Positions 37,393-48,120 are shown, numbered from the stretch's first letter. The stretch is 51,702 nt of DNA from Eubacteriales bacterium (GCA_045536065.1 JAZSMV010000031.1:1-51702); one strand, 5' to 3'. The notes: generated by a model from the letters alone, not told the origin. Translations and numbers: made by a program.

Positions 37393-39769
37393 GGAAAGAA
37401 AACGTATTAGAAAATCAAAACGAATAATAGGCGTTTTAGCCATAATAATATTGTCGGCGGCAGTTGTTACCGCTTGCGCATTCGGTGCTTTAGTGTTAAG
37501 CGTATATAAGGATATAAGCTTTGAAGCGGATGAGCGACTGTTTGAGAGTGCATCAAGCTTTGATTCAACCGTTTTTTATGCTAACGGATCTGACGGAGAG
37601 GAATATCTTCCTGTGGCAATAGAGACGGGCGGCAGTATGCGAAAGCTTTTCTGTCCTATTGACGAGATAAGCCCATATTTAAGGAAAGGCTTTATTGCGG
37701 TGGAGGACAAGAAATTTTACGAGCATAAGGGTATAGATATAAAAAGAACTCTTATGGCTGCCGCTAATTATATTATGGGTAGAGAGAAGGTTTTCGGGGC
37801 ATCAACGATTACACAACAGGTCGTGAAAAATATCAGCGGTGACAATCAGGTAAAGGTAAAACGAAAGCTGGCGGAGATAATCAGAGCCATACATTTAGAA
37901 CGTAACTACACTAAAAAGGAAATCTTTGAGCTTTATCTGAATGTAATACCGATGAGTGAAAATATCTACGGCGTAGGTGCGGCATCAAGAGCCTACTTTG
38001 GAAAGGAGCCAAATGATCTGTTGCCCGAGGAGGCGGCAGTTCTCATCGGAATTACAAATGCCCCCACGGCATATAACCCATATATTAATCCTGATGCTTG
38101 TTTAAGGAAAAGGAATACCGTTCTTACCGTTATGAAAAACGATGGGATAATTAACCGGGAGGAATATGAGCGGGCGATCAATACTCCTCTCAAAGTCATA
38201 TCCCGTGAGGATAGAGAGGGCAGAATAGACTCCTGGTTCGTAGAGAGAGTGATAGACGAGCTTGTAGATGATTTCAGCCAAAAGTACGACTTCTCCAAGT
38301 TGGCAGCACGTATGATGCTGTTGAGCGGAGGATACAAGGTATATACCACTATGAACCTGGCGGTGCAGAGGGAATTGGAGGACTATTTTGAAGATCTATC
38401 CAATTTTCCGTCAGAAACGGCAAAGGGTCTGAATTATGCTATGACAGTCACAGACTCAAAGACGGGCTATCTTGTGGGAATAATAGGAAGAGTGGGGAAA
38501 AAGAGCGGAAACAGATTGCTAAGTCAGGCAACGACTCCTCATATTCCCGCATCAACGCTTAAGCCTATTGCACTGTATGCACCGCTTATTGATGAGGGAA
38601 GGATAAATTGGGCAACGGTATTTGATGACGTTCCGATAAGCTTTATTAACGAAGGAGAAGAATATCGAGAGTATCCACGCAATTCGCCCTCTGTGTATGA
38701 GGGACTGACAACCGTTAAGGATGCGATCAAAAACTCAAAAAACACCATAGCAATAAGGCTTTGTAATATCAGAACGCCAAAGCGTGTATTTTCATCCTTA
38801 CGTGATGATTACGGCTTTAAGTATCTCATCGAGAGGGAGGGAAATATCAGCGATATTGCGTTGGCTCCAATGGCTCTCGGTCAGCTCGGACGTGGAGCGA
38901 CCTTGCTTGAGATGACAGAGGCATTTGGCACATTTCCCCGAGAGGGAGAATGGAGAGAGGCAATAAGCTATATTAGTCTTGTTGATTATACGGGAAGAAC
39001 TGTTCTTAATAAGGAGCAGCAAAAGAGACAAATAATAAAGGACAGTACTGCAAAAATAATGAATCAGCTGCTGATGACGGTTACTGAGGAGGGAACAGCG
39101 AGGAGAATCACGCTCAGCGATAAGCTAAATACAGCGGGAAAAACAGGAACCTCGGGAGGAAATAAAGATAAGAGCTTTATTGGATATACTCCCTATTATA
39201 CTGCCGGAATCTGGTGTGGTTATGATAGTGGCGAGAAGGGCATAGGCTCGCTTTCAAAAAGTCATCTTGAAATATGGGACGAGGTAATGACGAAAATACA
39301 CGGTGGTATTTTGAAAAGCGGTAATATTCAAAGCTTTTCAACCGAGGGACTTTATTATCTGCCATATTGCAAGGATTCGGGAGGTCTTTATACCGATACC
39401 TGTCGCTATGATCCACGTGGTAACCGAATGGAGTACGGCTATTTCACCAAGGATAATCAGCCGAGTCAGTCTTGTTTAACTCATGTGCTATGCAAATATG
39501 ACAGTCTGACCAAGGCTGTTGCGTGCGAGGGCTGTCCTGAGGAAAATATAGTTAAAATAGCTTTGCTTTCAGTTAAGGACAGGGCATTTCCAAAGGAAAT
39601 AAACGTGACCGATGCAGAATACGTCTACCGAGATATTGACGGATATACCCCACGGCCTGTTGATTATGCACTCCCGTATTTTCAGTATGCGCTTCCCGAG
39701 GGCGTATTCATAGGTCGTAGCAGTGATAAAAAACAGTTTAATTCAAATTGCTATATTCACGACGAATAG
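37391..39769 (+). CDS. Class A penicillin-binding protein (PBP1A family)
   Basis: EDKKFYEHKG, GASTITQQ, RKLAE glycosyltransferase motifs; STLK, SKN, KTGT transpeptidase motifs; Cys-rich C-tail; TTG start. Confidence 0.93.
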   Translation: MERKRIRKSKRIIGVLAIIILSAAVVTACAFGALVLSVYKDISFEADERLFESASSFDSTVFYANGSDGEEYLPVAIETGGSMRKLFCPIDEISPYLRKGFIAVEDKKFYEHKGIDIKRTLMAAANYIMGREKVFGASTITQQVVKNISGDNQVKVKRKLAEIIRAIHLERNYTKKEIFELYLNVIPMSENIYGVGAASRAYFGKEPNDLLPEEAAVLIGITNAPTAYNPYINPDACLRKRNTVLTVMKNDGIINREEYERAINTPLKVISREDREGRIDSWFVERVIDELVDDFSQKYDFSKLAARMMLLSGGYKVYTTMNLAVQRELEDYFEDLSNFPSETAKGLNYAMTVTDSKTGYLVGIIGRVGKKSGNRLLSQATTPHIPASTLKPIALYAPLIDEGRINWATVFDDVPISFINEGEEYREYPRNSPSVYEGLTTVKDAIKNSKNTIAIRLCNIRTPKRVFSSLRDDYGFKYLIEREGNISDIALAPMALGQLGRGATLLEMTEAFGTFPREGEWREAISYISLVDYTGRTVLNKEQQKRQIIKDSTAKIMNQLLMTVTEEGTARRITLSDKLNTAGKTGTSGGNKDKSFIGYTPYYTAGIWCGYDSGEKGIGSLSKSHLEIWDEVMTKIHGGILKSGNIQSFSTEGLYYLPYCKDSGGLYTDTCRYDPRGNRMEYGYFTKDNQPSQSCLTHVLCKYDSLTKAVACEGCPEENIVKIALLSVKDRAFPKEINVTDAEYVYRDIDGYTPRPVDYALPYFQYALPEGVFIGRSSDKKQFNSNCYIHDE

Positions 39770-39822
39770 CCTATTTACTTTTTCTTTTCTTTGTGGTAGA
39801 ATAAAGAAAAAGGAGGTGCGCC

Positions 39823-40332
39823 GTGGAGTATCAGATAGTTTATTCGGGCAGAAGGACAATATCCCTCTGCATAAAGGAAGGCCGTCTTGTTGTCAGGGCG
39901 CCCTACGGAACGAAAAAAGAACGAATTGAAAACGTTGTTTCATCCCATAAGGATTGGATAGAGAGGCATATTGAAAGTCAGGCGAAAAGAAATGAAAAAT
40001 ACGACGGTCTGACCGACGAAAAAATTAAATTGCTTCGCAAGGCCGCCAAACAGATTCTACCAATAAAAACAGCCCATTACTCAAGAATTATGGGTTTAAA
40101 ATACGGCAGAATTACAATAACGGGCGCTAAAACAAGATTTGGCTCCTGCTCATCCAAGGGGAATATTTCCTTTTCCTATCGCTTGATGCTTTATCCTGAG
40201 GAGGCAATAGATTACGTTGTTGTTCACGAACTTGCCCACCTTGTTGAGATGAATCATTCCAAGGATTTTTATAGAATTGTCGAGTCGGTTTTGCCTGACT
40301 ACAAAGAAAGAAAAAAGCTGTTGAAGAAATAA
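39823..40332 (+). CDS. YgjP-like M48/zincin metallohydrolase
   Basis: TRFGSCS, YVVVHELAHL..NHS..FY. Confidence 0.9.
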   Translation: MEYQIVYSGRRTISLCIKEGRLVVRAPYGTKKERIENVVSSHKDWIERHIESQAKRNEKYDGLTDEKIKLLRKAAKQILPIKTAHYSRIMGLKYGRITITGAKTRFGSCSSKGNISFSYRLMLYPEEAIDYVVVHELAHLVEMNHSKDFYRIVESVLPDYKERKKLLKK

Positions 40333-40367
40333 AAAAAGGAAAACGCATTTTTGCGTTTTCCTTTTTT
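40331..40367. terminator. Bidirectional intrinsic terminator
   Basis: AAAAAAGGAAAACGCA-tttt-TGCGTTTTCCTTTTTT. Confidence 0.9.
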
Positions 40368-40368
40368 A

Positions 40369-40827
40369 TTAGAACTCAAGAGCGTGGGAAACCAATCTGT
40401 CCCCCTCGTAGCAGAGCTTTAAGGAGAAGAACCTCGTTTCCTTTTCCATAAGCTCAAAGAATATCTTATCGCCCTCCCAAATTGGAAGAGTAGGAACATC
40501 CTCCTTTTTGACCCACTCAAGCGCTCCCTCGTCACAGTTATAATCTATCTCTCCCTCGTATTCGGTAGCAGTGAACAGGTGCATATATTCTGTACCGTAT
40601 AGGTCGGATACAAAGGTGATAATACCACGGTAATTAAGATCCTTTACCGACACACCAGTCTCCTCCTTTATCTCACGGCGTGCGCAATCAAAGGGAGTTT
40701 CACCCTCCTCGAGCTTTCCGCCAACACCGATCCATTTATCCTTATTCATATCATTTACTTTCTTTATACGGTGGATCATAAGATATGCACCGTCTTTTTC
40801 TATATAGCAAAGGGTAGTGTTAAACAT
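40369..40827 (-). CDS. Nudix hydrolase, MutT/MutX-like 8-oxo-dGTPase
   Basis: Nudix box GGKLEEGETPFDCARREIKEETG; WEGD C-terminal motif. Confidence 0.9.
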   Translation of the reverse strand: MFNTTLCYIEKDGAYLMIHRIKKVNDMNKDKWIGVGGKLEEGETPFDCARREIKEETGVSVKDLNYRGIITFVSDLYGTEYMHLFTATEYEGEIDYNCDEGALEWVKKEDVPTLPIWEGDKIFFELMEKETRFFSLKLCYEGDRLVSHALEF

Positions 40828-40930
40828 ATAATAACCTCGTATTTTATTTACTATATTGTAGCATTTTTTCAGGTAGATTTCAAGTAGAAAAATAAAGTAT
40901 GTATTTTTTTGTTAAAACTATTAAAATTGC

Positions 40931-40991
40931 TTGACTTTAACGGGAAAATGTGTATAATAGTTAAGTAGTTAATTATTTAGCACTAAACTAT
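40931..40991 (+). promoter_or_regulatory. sigmaA promoter with tandem MarR-type palindromic operators
   Basis: TTGACT-16-TATAAT; ATAGTTAA-N4-TTAATTAT (40957-40976) and ATTATTTAG-CA-CTAAACTAT (40972-40991). Confidence 0.7.
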
Positions 40992-41018
40992 TTGAAAATA
41001 GTAAAGAAAGGGAATAAT

Positions 41019-41468
41019 ATGTCAGAATCAAAGCTTTCTAAGGCTATAAATATGATGATGAGAACAAATCATATGCATAGGACTCTGATTGATTCACGTG
41101 TTGGTACACTTGGTATTCACCGAACACATCACAGGATACTTATGCATCTTGCCTGTCACTCCTGCCTTTCCTCTCAGAAGGCGCTTGCAGATCATCTTAA
41201 CGTAACTCCGGCTACAATTACAGGTGCTCTTAAAAAGCTGGAGCAGGACGGCTACGTGGAGCGAACTCTCGGTCAGGATAACAGATATAACGAGCTTCGT
41301 ATTACGGAAAAGGGAAGAGATATCGTTAACGAGAGCTGTAAGATCTTCAGCGAGGTTGATGCAGCTATGTTCGATGGCTTCAGCGACGAGGAGCTGGACT
41401 GCTATATTTCCTGTCTTGAGCGTCTGCAGGCGAATATCAAAAATCAGTGCGAAAGGAAGAAGGATTAA
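41019..41468 (+). CDS. MarR-family regulator
   Basis: SQKALADHLNVTPATIT..LKKLE..GYVER..DNR...ITEKG; AAGGGA RBS. Confidence 0.93.
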   Translation: MSESKLSKAINMMMRTNHMHRTLIDSRVGTLGIHRTHHRILMHLACHSCLSSQKALADHLNVTPATITGALKKLEQDGYVERTLGQDNRYNELRITEKGRDIVNESCKIFSEVDAAMFDGFSDEELDCYISCLERLQANIKNQCERKKD

Positions 41469-43198
41469 TGAAAAGATGGTTTAAATATATAAAGCCATAC
41501 CTTGTGTCGTTTATACTCGGCCCTGTGGGTATGATCGTAGAGGTTATAGGCGAGATGTTTATGCCTATACTTCTTGCCGAGCTGATCAACAGAGCAAACG
41601 AGGGGACTCTTGATATTCCTACAAGTATTGGTATCGCAGGAACGCTTATCGTAATCGTACTTCTGATGATGACGGGTGGTGTGGCAGGAGCATACTTCGG
41701 CGCTAAGGCGTCGGTTAACTTTGCGGCAGATCTGAGACATGATCTTTATGCAAAGGTGCAGGAATATTCCTTTGCTAATATAGATAAATTCTCTGCTAGC
41801 TCTCTTGTGACAAGAATGACCAATGACGTAACTCAGCTTCAAAACTTCGTAAATATGCTTCTCCGTATGGCTCTCCGTTCTCCTGGTATGCTTATAGGCG
41901 GAATTATCATGGCTATCAGTCTGAAGCCTAGTCTGTCGGTAATTCTGGCGGTTACAATGCCTCTTATGCTTATTGTTATCGGTCTGCTTATTAAGATGGG
42001 ATTTCCTAGATTCCAGAAGCTGCAGAAAAAGGTGGATAAGCTTAATTCTACCGTTCGTGAGAACGTTACCAACGTTCGTGTGGTTAAGTCCTTCGTACGT
42101 GAGGATTACGAGGTAGAGAAGTTTTCCGAGGATAACGCTGATCTTAAGAACAGCGGTATGAACGCAGTTAAGGTGCTTATCTGGGCAAGCCCTGTGATGA
42201 ATATCTTTATGTATATTACCGTAATCGCAGTTATCTGGACGGGCCATAATATTGTTCTTGACGGTGGCATGAAGGTTGGAGACCTCTCTGCATTTATCAC
42301 TTATACAACACAGATACTTTCATCTCTTATGATGGTATCAATGCTATTTATGTTCTCCTCAAGAGCCCTTGCCTCCGGCAAAAGAGTATGCGAGGTTCTT
42401 GATGAGAAAATCGATATAAACGACACTAATTCCTCGGCAGAACATATAATTGTCTCCGGAGATATTGAATTTAAGGACGTTAGCTTCCGCTATTATAAGA
42501 ATAGCGAGGAGGCTGTTTTGAACAATATCAATCTTAAGATCCCCGCAGGCTCTACCGTTGGAATAATCGGCTCTACAGGCTGTGGAAAGACTACTCTCGT
42601 ATCTATGATCCCCAGACTTTACGACGTGGATGAGGGAGAGGTGCTGATCGACGGAGTAAACGTTAAGGACTATTCGCTTAACAATCTTCGTGACGGTATC
42701 GGTATGGTTCTGCAGAAGAACCTTTTATTCTCGGGTAGCATCGAATACAATCTTCGTTGGGGTAATGCAGATGCTACTGATAAGGAGATGATAACCTCGG
42801 CAGAGCATTCTGCGGCTCACAAGTTCGTTTCCACCTTCAAGGATGGCTATGCGACCACTCTTGATAAGGGAGGTATGAACCTTTCGGGCGGTCAGAAGCA
42901 GAGACTTTGTATCGCAAGAGCCCTGCTTAAAAAGCCAAAGATCCTTATTCTTGACGACTCCACCAGTGCGGTCGATACCGCAACCGAGAAGCAGATAAGA
43001 GAGGCCTTTGCCACTGATCTGCCCGATTGCACAAAGATAATTATTGCCCAGCGTATCTCCTCGGTCAAGGATGCCGATTTTATTATCGTTATGAACGACG
43101 GAGCTGTTACAGGTGTAGGCACCCACGATCAGCTGCTTGAGGGCAATGAGGAATACGGCGAGATCTACTACTCGCAGATGGACAGAAAGGAGGCGTAA
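41468..43198 (+). CDS. Heterodimeric ABC exporter subunit 1 (degenerate Walker B and switch)
   Basis: TMD+NBD; GSTGCGKT, LSGGQ, ILDD (E to D), IAQR (H to Q); TAATG coupling to marR. Confidence 0.93.
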   Translation: MKRWFKYIKPYLVSFILGPVGMIVEVIGEMFMPILLAELINRANEGTLDIPTSIGIAGTLIVIVLLMMTGGVAGAYFGAKASVNFAADLRHDLYAKVQEYSFANIDKFSASSLVTRMTNDVTQLQNFVNMLLRMALRSPGMLIGGIIMAISLKPSLSVILAVTMPLMLIVIGLLIKMGFPRFQKLQKKVDKLNSTVRENVTNVRVVKSFVREDYEVEKFSEDNADLKNSGMNAVKVLIWASPVMNIFMYITVIAVIWTGHNIVLDGGMKVGDLSAFITYTTQILSSLMMVSMLFMFSSRALASGKRVCEVLDEKIDINDTNSSAEHIIVSGDIEFKDVSFRYYKNSEEAVLNNINLKIPAGSTVGIIGSTGCGKTTLVSMIPRLYDVDEGEVLIDGVNVKDYSLNNLRDGIGMVLQKNLLFSGSIEYNLRWGNADATDKEMITSAEHSAAHKFVSTFKDGYATTLDKGGMNLSGGQKQRLCIARALLKKPKILILDDSTSAVDTATEKQIREAFATDLPDCTKIIIAQRISSVKDADFIIVMNDGAVTGVGTHDQLLEGNEEYGEIYYSQMDRKEA

Positions 43199-43199
43199 T

Positions 43200-45158
43200 A
43201 TGGCTAGAAATTTAGAAGAGCTTAAAAAGCAGTATAACAGCGTCTCCCACGGTATGTCCCTTCGTGGCGGTGGTCCCGGAAATAAGCATGGTGTAAAGGG
43301 CAAGGGTAAGCCTGAAAATTTAGGTAAAACCGTTGGTAGAATTCTCTCATACGTTGGAAAATACAAGATATTACTTATCTTTGTCTTCCTTTGTATGATC
43401 CTCACAACCGTCAGCTCGCTGTGTGCAGGATATCTTATTGCGCCTATCATCAACCGACTTGCTCTCGTTGTTAATCCTGACGATGTTCTTGATCCCAGCC
43501 CGCTGGAGATTGCCGCAGACAAGATTATACAGGCATTTGTGGAAACACCCTTTATCTCCTCGATTATGGTAAATCCTGCGGCAGAGGTTACGGTTTACGT
43601 ATTTGCTGCGCTGATAATTCTCGGTACAGTATATACAATCTCTGCTTTTGGTAGCTACGTTCAGGGCAGACTTATGCTGTCGGTGTCGCAGAACTCTATC
43701 AAGAGCATCAGAGACGATCTTTTCCGTGCCTTGCAGAAGCTACCTGTAAGATACTTCGATTCTCATCCCACCGGCGAAATCATGAGCCGATTTACCAATG
43801 ATGTTGATAATATCGACGTTATGCTTAACAACTCGCTTACCTCTATCGTAAGCGGCGTTATCTCTCTCGTAGGTACCTTTATTTTCATGCTTACGACTAA
43901 TATCTGGCTTACACTGATTACCGTTGCGTTTCTTCCTCTGCTTATGTTAGCGGCTACCACTATTGCCAAAAACTCGGCTAAATATTACGGCGCTCAGCAG
44001 GCCGCTCTTGGTGCGGTGAACGGATATATTGAGGAAACCATCAGCGGACAGAAGGTAGTAAAGGTATTCACTCATGAGGACGAGTGCATCGAGGAGATGA
44101 GCACACTTAACGAGGATCTGCGAGATAAACAGGAGAAGGCGCAGTTCTGGGGCGGTGTAACAGGCCCTATTATGCACAATATCAGCCTTATATCCTATGC
44201 GGTTACTCTTGGTGTTGGCGGTATTTTGATTTGTACCAGCAACTTTACCTACGGTGCGCTTACAGTATTCGCAAACTACTCAAAGCAGTTCTCCATGCCC
44301 ATAAGCCAGCTTTCACAGCAGGTTTCCACGCTTTTCGCCGCACTTGCGGGAGCAGAGCGTGTATTCAACGTAATTGACGAGGTTCCCGAGACTCCCGATG
44401 CGGAGGACGCCATCGAGGATCCTATCCAGGGACACGTTATTATGGAAAACGTTACCTTCGGTTACAATCCCGATAAGGTTGTGCTGAAGAACATATCACT
44501 TTATGCAAGACCCGGTCAGAAGATAGCCTTCGTAGGCTCTACCGGTGCGGGCAAAACCACTATTACGAATCTTTTAAACCGTTTCTATGACATTGAAGAG
44601 GGAACTATTACAATTGACGGCAAGCCGCTCAAGTCCTATAAGCGTGATTTTCTCCGTAAGAATATCGCTATGGTTCTTCAGGATACCCACCTCTTTACCG
44701 GAACAGTAATGGAGAATATCCGCTACGGTAGGCTTGATGCTACCGACGATGAGGTTATAGCGGCGGCAAAGACCGCAAGTGCGCATAGCTTCATTATGCG
44801 TCTTGAGCACGGATACGATACCGTCCTTGAGGGTGACGGCGCAAATCTTTCTCAGGGACAGCGCCAGCTGCTTAATATAGCACGTGCGGCTCTCTCTAAG
44901 GCTCCTATTCTTGTTCTTGACGAGGCGACGTCCTCTGTTGACACACGTACCGAGCGACATATCGAGCGTGGTATGGACAGACTGATGAAGGACAGAACTA
45001 CCTTCGTAATTGCCCACCGCCTTTCCACCGTCCGCAATTCAAATGCGATTATGGTGCTTGAGCAGGGCGAGATAATCGAGCGTGGCGACCACGACGATCT
45101 TCTTGCCGCAAAGGGCAGATATTATGAGCTTTATACGGGATTAAAGGAGTTGGATTAA
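43200..45158 (+). CDS. Heterodimeric ABC exporter subunit 2
   Basis: GSTGAGKT, LSQGQ, LDEATSS, IAHR: TM287/TM288-type pairing. Confidence 0.93.
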   Translation: MARNLEELKKQYNSVSHGMSLRGGGPGNKHGVKGKGKPENLGKTVGRILSYVGKYKILLIFVFLCMILTTVSSLCAGYLIAPIINRLALVVNPDDVLDPSPLEIAADKIIQAFVETPFISSIMVNPAAEVTVYVFAALIILGTVYTISAFGSYVQGRLMLSVSQNSIKSIRDDLFRALQKLPVRYFDSHPTGEIMSRFTNDVDNIDVMLNNSLTSIVSGVISLVGTFIFMLTTNIWLTLITVAFLPLLMLAATTIAKNSAKYYGAQQAALGAVNGYIEETISGQKVVKVFTHEDECIEEMSTLNEDLRDKQEKAQFWGGVTGPIMHNISLISYAVTLGVGGILICTSNFTYGALTVFANYSKQFSMPISQLSQQVSTLFAALAGAERVFNVIDEVPETPDAEDAIEDPIQGHVIMENVTFGYNPDKVVLKNISLYARPGQKIAFVGSTGAGKTTITNLLNRFYDIEEGTITIDGKPLKSYKRDFLRKNIAMVLQDTHLFTGTVMENIRYGRLDATDDEVIAAAKTASAHSFIMRLEHGYDTVLEGDGANLSQGQRQLLNIARAALSKAPILVLDEATSSVDTRTERHIERGMDRLMKDRTTFVIAHRLSTVRNSNAIMVLEQGEIIERGDHDDLLAAKGRYYELYTGLKELD

Positions 45159-45169
45159 CCTTATTTTTT

Positions 45170-45197
45170 AACGCCACGGATTTTTCCGTGGCGTTTT
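45170..45197 (+). terminator. Intrinsic terminator
   Basis: AACGCCACGGA-tttt-TCCGTGGCGTTTT. Confidence 0.85.
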
Positions 45198-45219
45198 ATA
45201 TTAATTAATAAAAATTTCC

Positions 45220-45248
45220 TTGACAACTCATTGCTTATACCTTATACT
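45220..45248 (+). promoter_or_regulatory. sigmaA promoter
   Basis: TTGACA-17-TATACT. Confidence 0.7.
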
Positions 45249-45277
45249 AAAAATAAAAGCGTATAAGGAGGATAGAT

Positions 45278-46624
45278 ATGAAAAGTATCAGAAAAACATT
45301 TTTTGCCTTGGTAGTGCTTGCGATGCTTATCAGCATTTGCTCATGCTCTGCGATGGGAGGCGGTCTGATGGATGGCGCACCGAGTGGTGGCTCGTACGGA
45401 GATAGCTATCTCGGTGATATGGGGCCTTCGGGCGACCGTGGAGAAGGGGTTCCGGGTGAACCCGAGGTTGATTCGGATGGTTCTATAGAGGATTCTGACA
45501 GCGATTCTTCCTCTGGCAAGAATGAAAACGTTACTCTTCCTTCGGGTATGATAACTGCAGGAGCCTGGAACGATAACGATAATTACGAAGCCTGGCTTGA
45601 CCTGTTCGAACAGGGCAACGAGGAGAAGGGCAAGTTCTTTGATTACACAAATCCCGATTATTCCTGGGGATATAATTCACAGAATCGTGTTAAGGTAACA
45701 GTTTCCTGCGGCGAAAATGCTATTGCAGGTGCCCAGGTTGTTGCTTATGATGAGGATGGTAACAAGCTTTATGCCGCAGTTTCGGATGCGAACGGAAACG
45801 CATATCTTTTCCCATCCAATGATAGCGGTAAAATCGTCGTTACAAGCGGCGAGGGACGTGCTGAAGCTTCGTTTGATAAGGAGAACAGAGAGCTTAATGT
45901 CAGCCTTGATAAGAGCGGCGAAAAGCGTGACGTGATCGAAATTATGCTTGTAGTCGACGTAACCGGATCTATGGGTGACGAGATCCACTTCCTTAAGGCT
46001 GAGCTTGCCGACGTTATTAATAGAATTGCCGAAAACAATTCCGGCGCAACCATTAAGCTTGCGCTTCTGTTCTACCGTGATACCGATGATATGATCCCCT
46101 TTGCTTATTTCGATTTCATGGATGTAACAAATAAAGCCGGACTTACCGCACAGCAGACGGCACTTAATTTACAGTCAGCATCAGGTGGCGGAGATTATCC
46201 TGAGGCGGTTGATGAGGCGCTTGATATTGCCGTTAATAAGCAGTGGAGCACAGGTGCGACCACAAAAATCATTTTCCACGTTCTTGATGCACCTGCTCAT
46301 AATGGTAGTGAATATAAAAGTAAGCTTGTAAACGCCACAAAAACTGCGGCAGAAAAGGGAATTCGCATTTGTCCTATAATCTGTAGCGGTGCGGCAGGCT
46401 CCACAGAGTACACTATGCGTGAGGCTGCTATTTACACCGGCGGTACCTTTGTTTTCGTAACCGATGATTCGGGTATAGGTAACTCTCACCACGATCCCGA
46501 GCTTCCCAATGTAACCGTTGAGCTACTTAATTCTCTTATGGTTCGCCTTGTAAACGGCTATCATTCGGGAGATTTTGCTGATCCTGTTTTCTGGAAAGAA
46601 GATCCAAATCTTAACAATAAATAA
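45278..46624 (+). CDS. VWA-domain lipoprotein
   Basis: Signal peptide with Cys lipobox, Gly/Asp/Ser low-complexity linker, beta-rich domain, MIDAS DVTGS, GGGDYPE, LDAPAH. Confidence 0.87.
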   Translation: MKSIRKTFFALVVLAMLISICSCSAMGGGLMDGAPSGGSYGDSYLGDMGPSGDRGEGVPGEPEVDSDGSIEDSDSDSSSGKNENVTLPSGMITAGAWNDNDNYEAWLDLFEQGNEEKGKFFDYTNPDYSWGYNSQNRVKVTVSCGENAIAGAQVVAYDEDGNKLYAAVSDANGNAYLFPSNDSGKIVVTSGEGRAEASFDKENRELNVSLDKSGEKRDVIEIMLVVDVTGSMGDEIHFLKAELADVINRIAENNSGATIKLALLFYRDTDDMIPFAYFDFMDVTNKAGLTAQQTALNLQSASGGGDYPEAVDEALDIAVNKQWSTGATTKIIFHVLDAPAHNGSEYKSKLVNATKTAAEKGIRICPIICSGAAGSTEYTMREAAIYTGGTFVFVTDDSGIGNSHHDPELPNVTVELLNSLMVRLVNGYHSGDFADPVFWKEDPNLNNK

Positions 46625-46630
46625 TACAAA

Positions 46631-46665
46631 AAGGCGAGTCCGTTTGGACTCGCCTTATCTTTTTT
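46631..46665. terminator. Bidirectional intrinsic terminator
   Basis: AAGGCGAGTCC-gttt-GGACTCGCCTT. Confidence 0.85.
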
Positions 46666-46674
46666 GTGATAGTC

Positions 46675-48120
46675 TTATGCAAGCTTTGCGAGAGCCTTTT
46701 CGATTCTCGAAAGAGATTCAGCCTTGCCGATAACCTCCATGATCTCGGTTGCACCGCCGGGAGTTGCGGTCATACCGGAAACTGCGATACGGATACACCA
46801 CATAAGAGTTCCGGTCTTGATCTGAAGCTTCTCTGCTATGGGCATAAGCGAAGCGAAGAGGGTATCGTTATCGAAGTTATCTACGTCTGCAAGAACTGCC
46901 TTTGCCTCGGTGAGAACGGTCTTAACGATCTCAAAGTCTGCGATCTTGTTCTTCTTGTTAAGGAAGAGCTCCTTCTCGTACTCTGGAAGAGTGATGAAGA
47001 ATGCCATTCTATCGTTGATTTCGGAGAGCTTTGCGATTCTGGTCTTGAGAAGGCCCAGCATCTTTGCCTTGTTAATGGTCTCGGGAATCTCGGTCTTGAT
47101 GAAGGGAGCAATAAGCTCCGCAAACTTCTCGTCATCAAGCTTATGGATATACTCACCGTTGAACCAGAGCAGCTTTTCAAAATCAAAAACAGAAGGGGAC
47201 TTGGAAACACCGTCAATGGTGAAAGCCTCCTTCAGCTCATCGAGAGTGAAGAACTCCTGCTCGCCACCCTTGGGGCACCAGCCGAGAAGGGAAATGTAGT
47301 TGATAATAGCCTCGGGAAGATAGCCGTCAGCTACAAGATCCTGGAAAGAAACTGCGCCGTGACGCTTAGAGAGCTTGGAGATATTTCCCTCTGCATCCTT
47401 ACCCATAAGAAGAGGAAGGTGAACGTAGGTAGGTCTCTCCCATCCGTAAGCATCATAGAGAAGCACGTACTTGGGAGTAGAGGTAAGATACTCAGAGCCT
47501 CTTACAACGTGTGTAACGCCCATAAGATGGTCGTCAATAACGTGACAGAAGTTATAGGTAGGATAGCCGTCAGCCTTCATAAGAATCTGGTCCTGAAGCT
47601 CCTCGTTGTTCATAGAAATATCGCCGAACACCTCGTCGTGATAGCTTGTAACACCTTCGGTGGGCATCTTCTGACGGATAACAAAGGGAACACCTGCCTT
47701 AAGGTTAGCCTCAACCTCTTCCTTAGAGAGATTACGGCAGTGTCTGTCATAGCCGCCGAGAGCATCAGCCTCGTGAAGCTGCTCAAGACGCTCCTTGGTG
47801 CAGAAGCAGTAGTAAGCGTGGCCCATTTCAACCAGCTTCTTCGCATATTCCATATAGATCTCCTTACGCTCAGACTGAACGTAGGGACCGTGATCACCGC
47901 CAACATCAGGACCCTCGTCATAGTGAAGTCCTGTGGTTGCAAGAGTGGATTTAATTACGTCGGTAGCGCCCTCAACAAGTCTTTCACGGTCGGTGTCCTC
48001 GATACGAAGAATGAATTTACCGCCGTCGTGCTTACCGATAAGATAAGAATAGAGCGCAGTCCTCAGGTTGCCTATGTGCATATAGCCTGTGGGGCTGGGC
48101 GCAAATCTTGTTACTGTCAT
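46675..48120 (-). CDS. gltX: Glutamate-tRNA ligase
   Basis: RFAPSPTG, HIGN, RIEDTD, KLSKR. Confidence 0.97.
   Translation of the reverse strand: MTVTRFAPSPTGYMHIGNLRTALYSYLIGKHDGGKFILRIEDTDRERLVEGATDVIKSTLATTGLHYDEGPDVGGDHGPYVQSERKEIYMEYAKKLVEMGHAYYCFCTKERLEQLHEADALGGYDRHCRNLSKEEVEANLKAGVPFVIRQKMPTEGVTSYHDEVFGDISMNNEELQDQILMKADGYPTYNFCHVIDDHLMGVTHVVRGSEYLTSTPKYVLLYDAYGWERPTYVHLPLLMGKDAEGNISKLSKRHGAVSFQDLVADGYLPEAIINYISLLGWCPKGGEQEFFTLDELKEAFTIDGVSKSPSVFDFEKLLWFNGEYIHKLDDEKFAELIAPFIKTEIPETINKAKMLGLLKTRIAKLSEINDRMAFFITLPEYEKELFLNKKNKIADFEIVKTVLTEAKAVLADVDNFDNDTLFASLMPIAEKLQIKTGTLMWCIRIAVSGMTATPGGATEIMEVIGKAESLSRIEKALAKLA

Noticed and set aside
40977-40985. TTAGCACT resembling a CIRCE half-site
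   Set aside because: No GAGTGCTAA second half; better explained as part of the MarR-type palindrome.
42940-43060. Degenerate Walker B and switch in the first ABC subunit as pseudogenisation
   Set aside because: Normal for heterodimeric exporters with one degenerate site.
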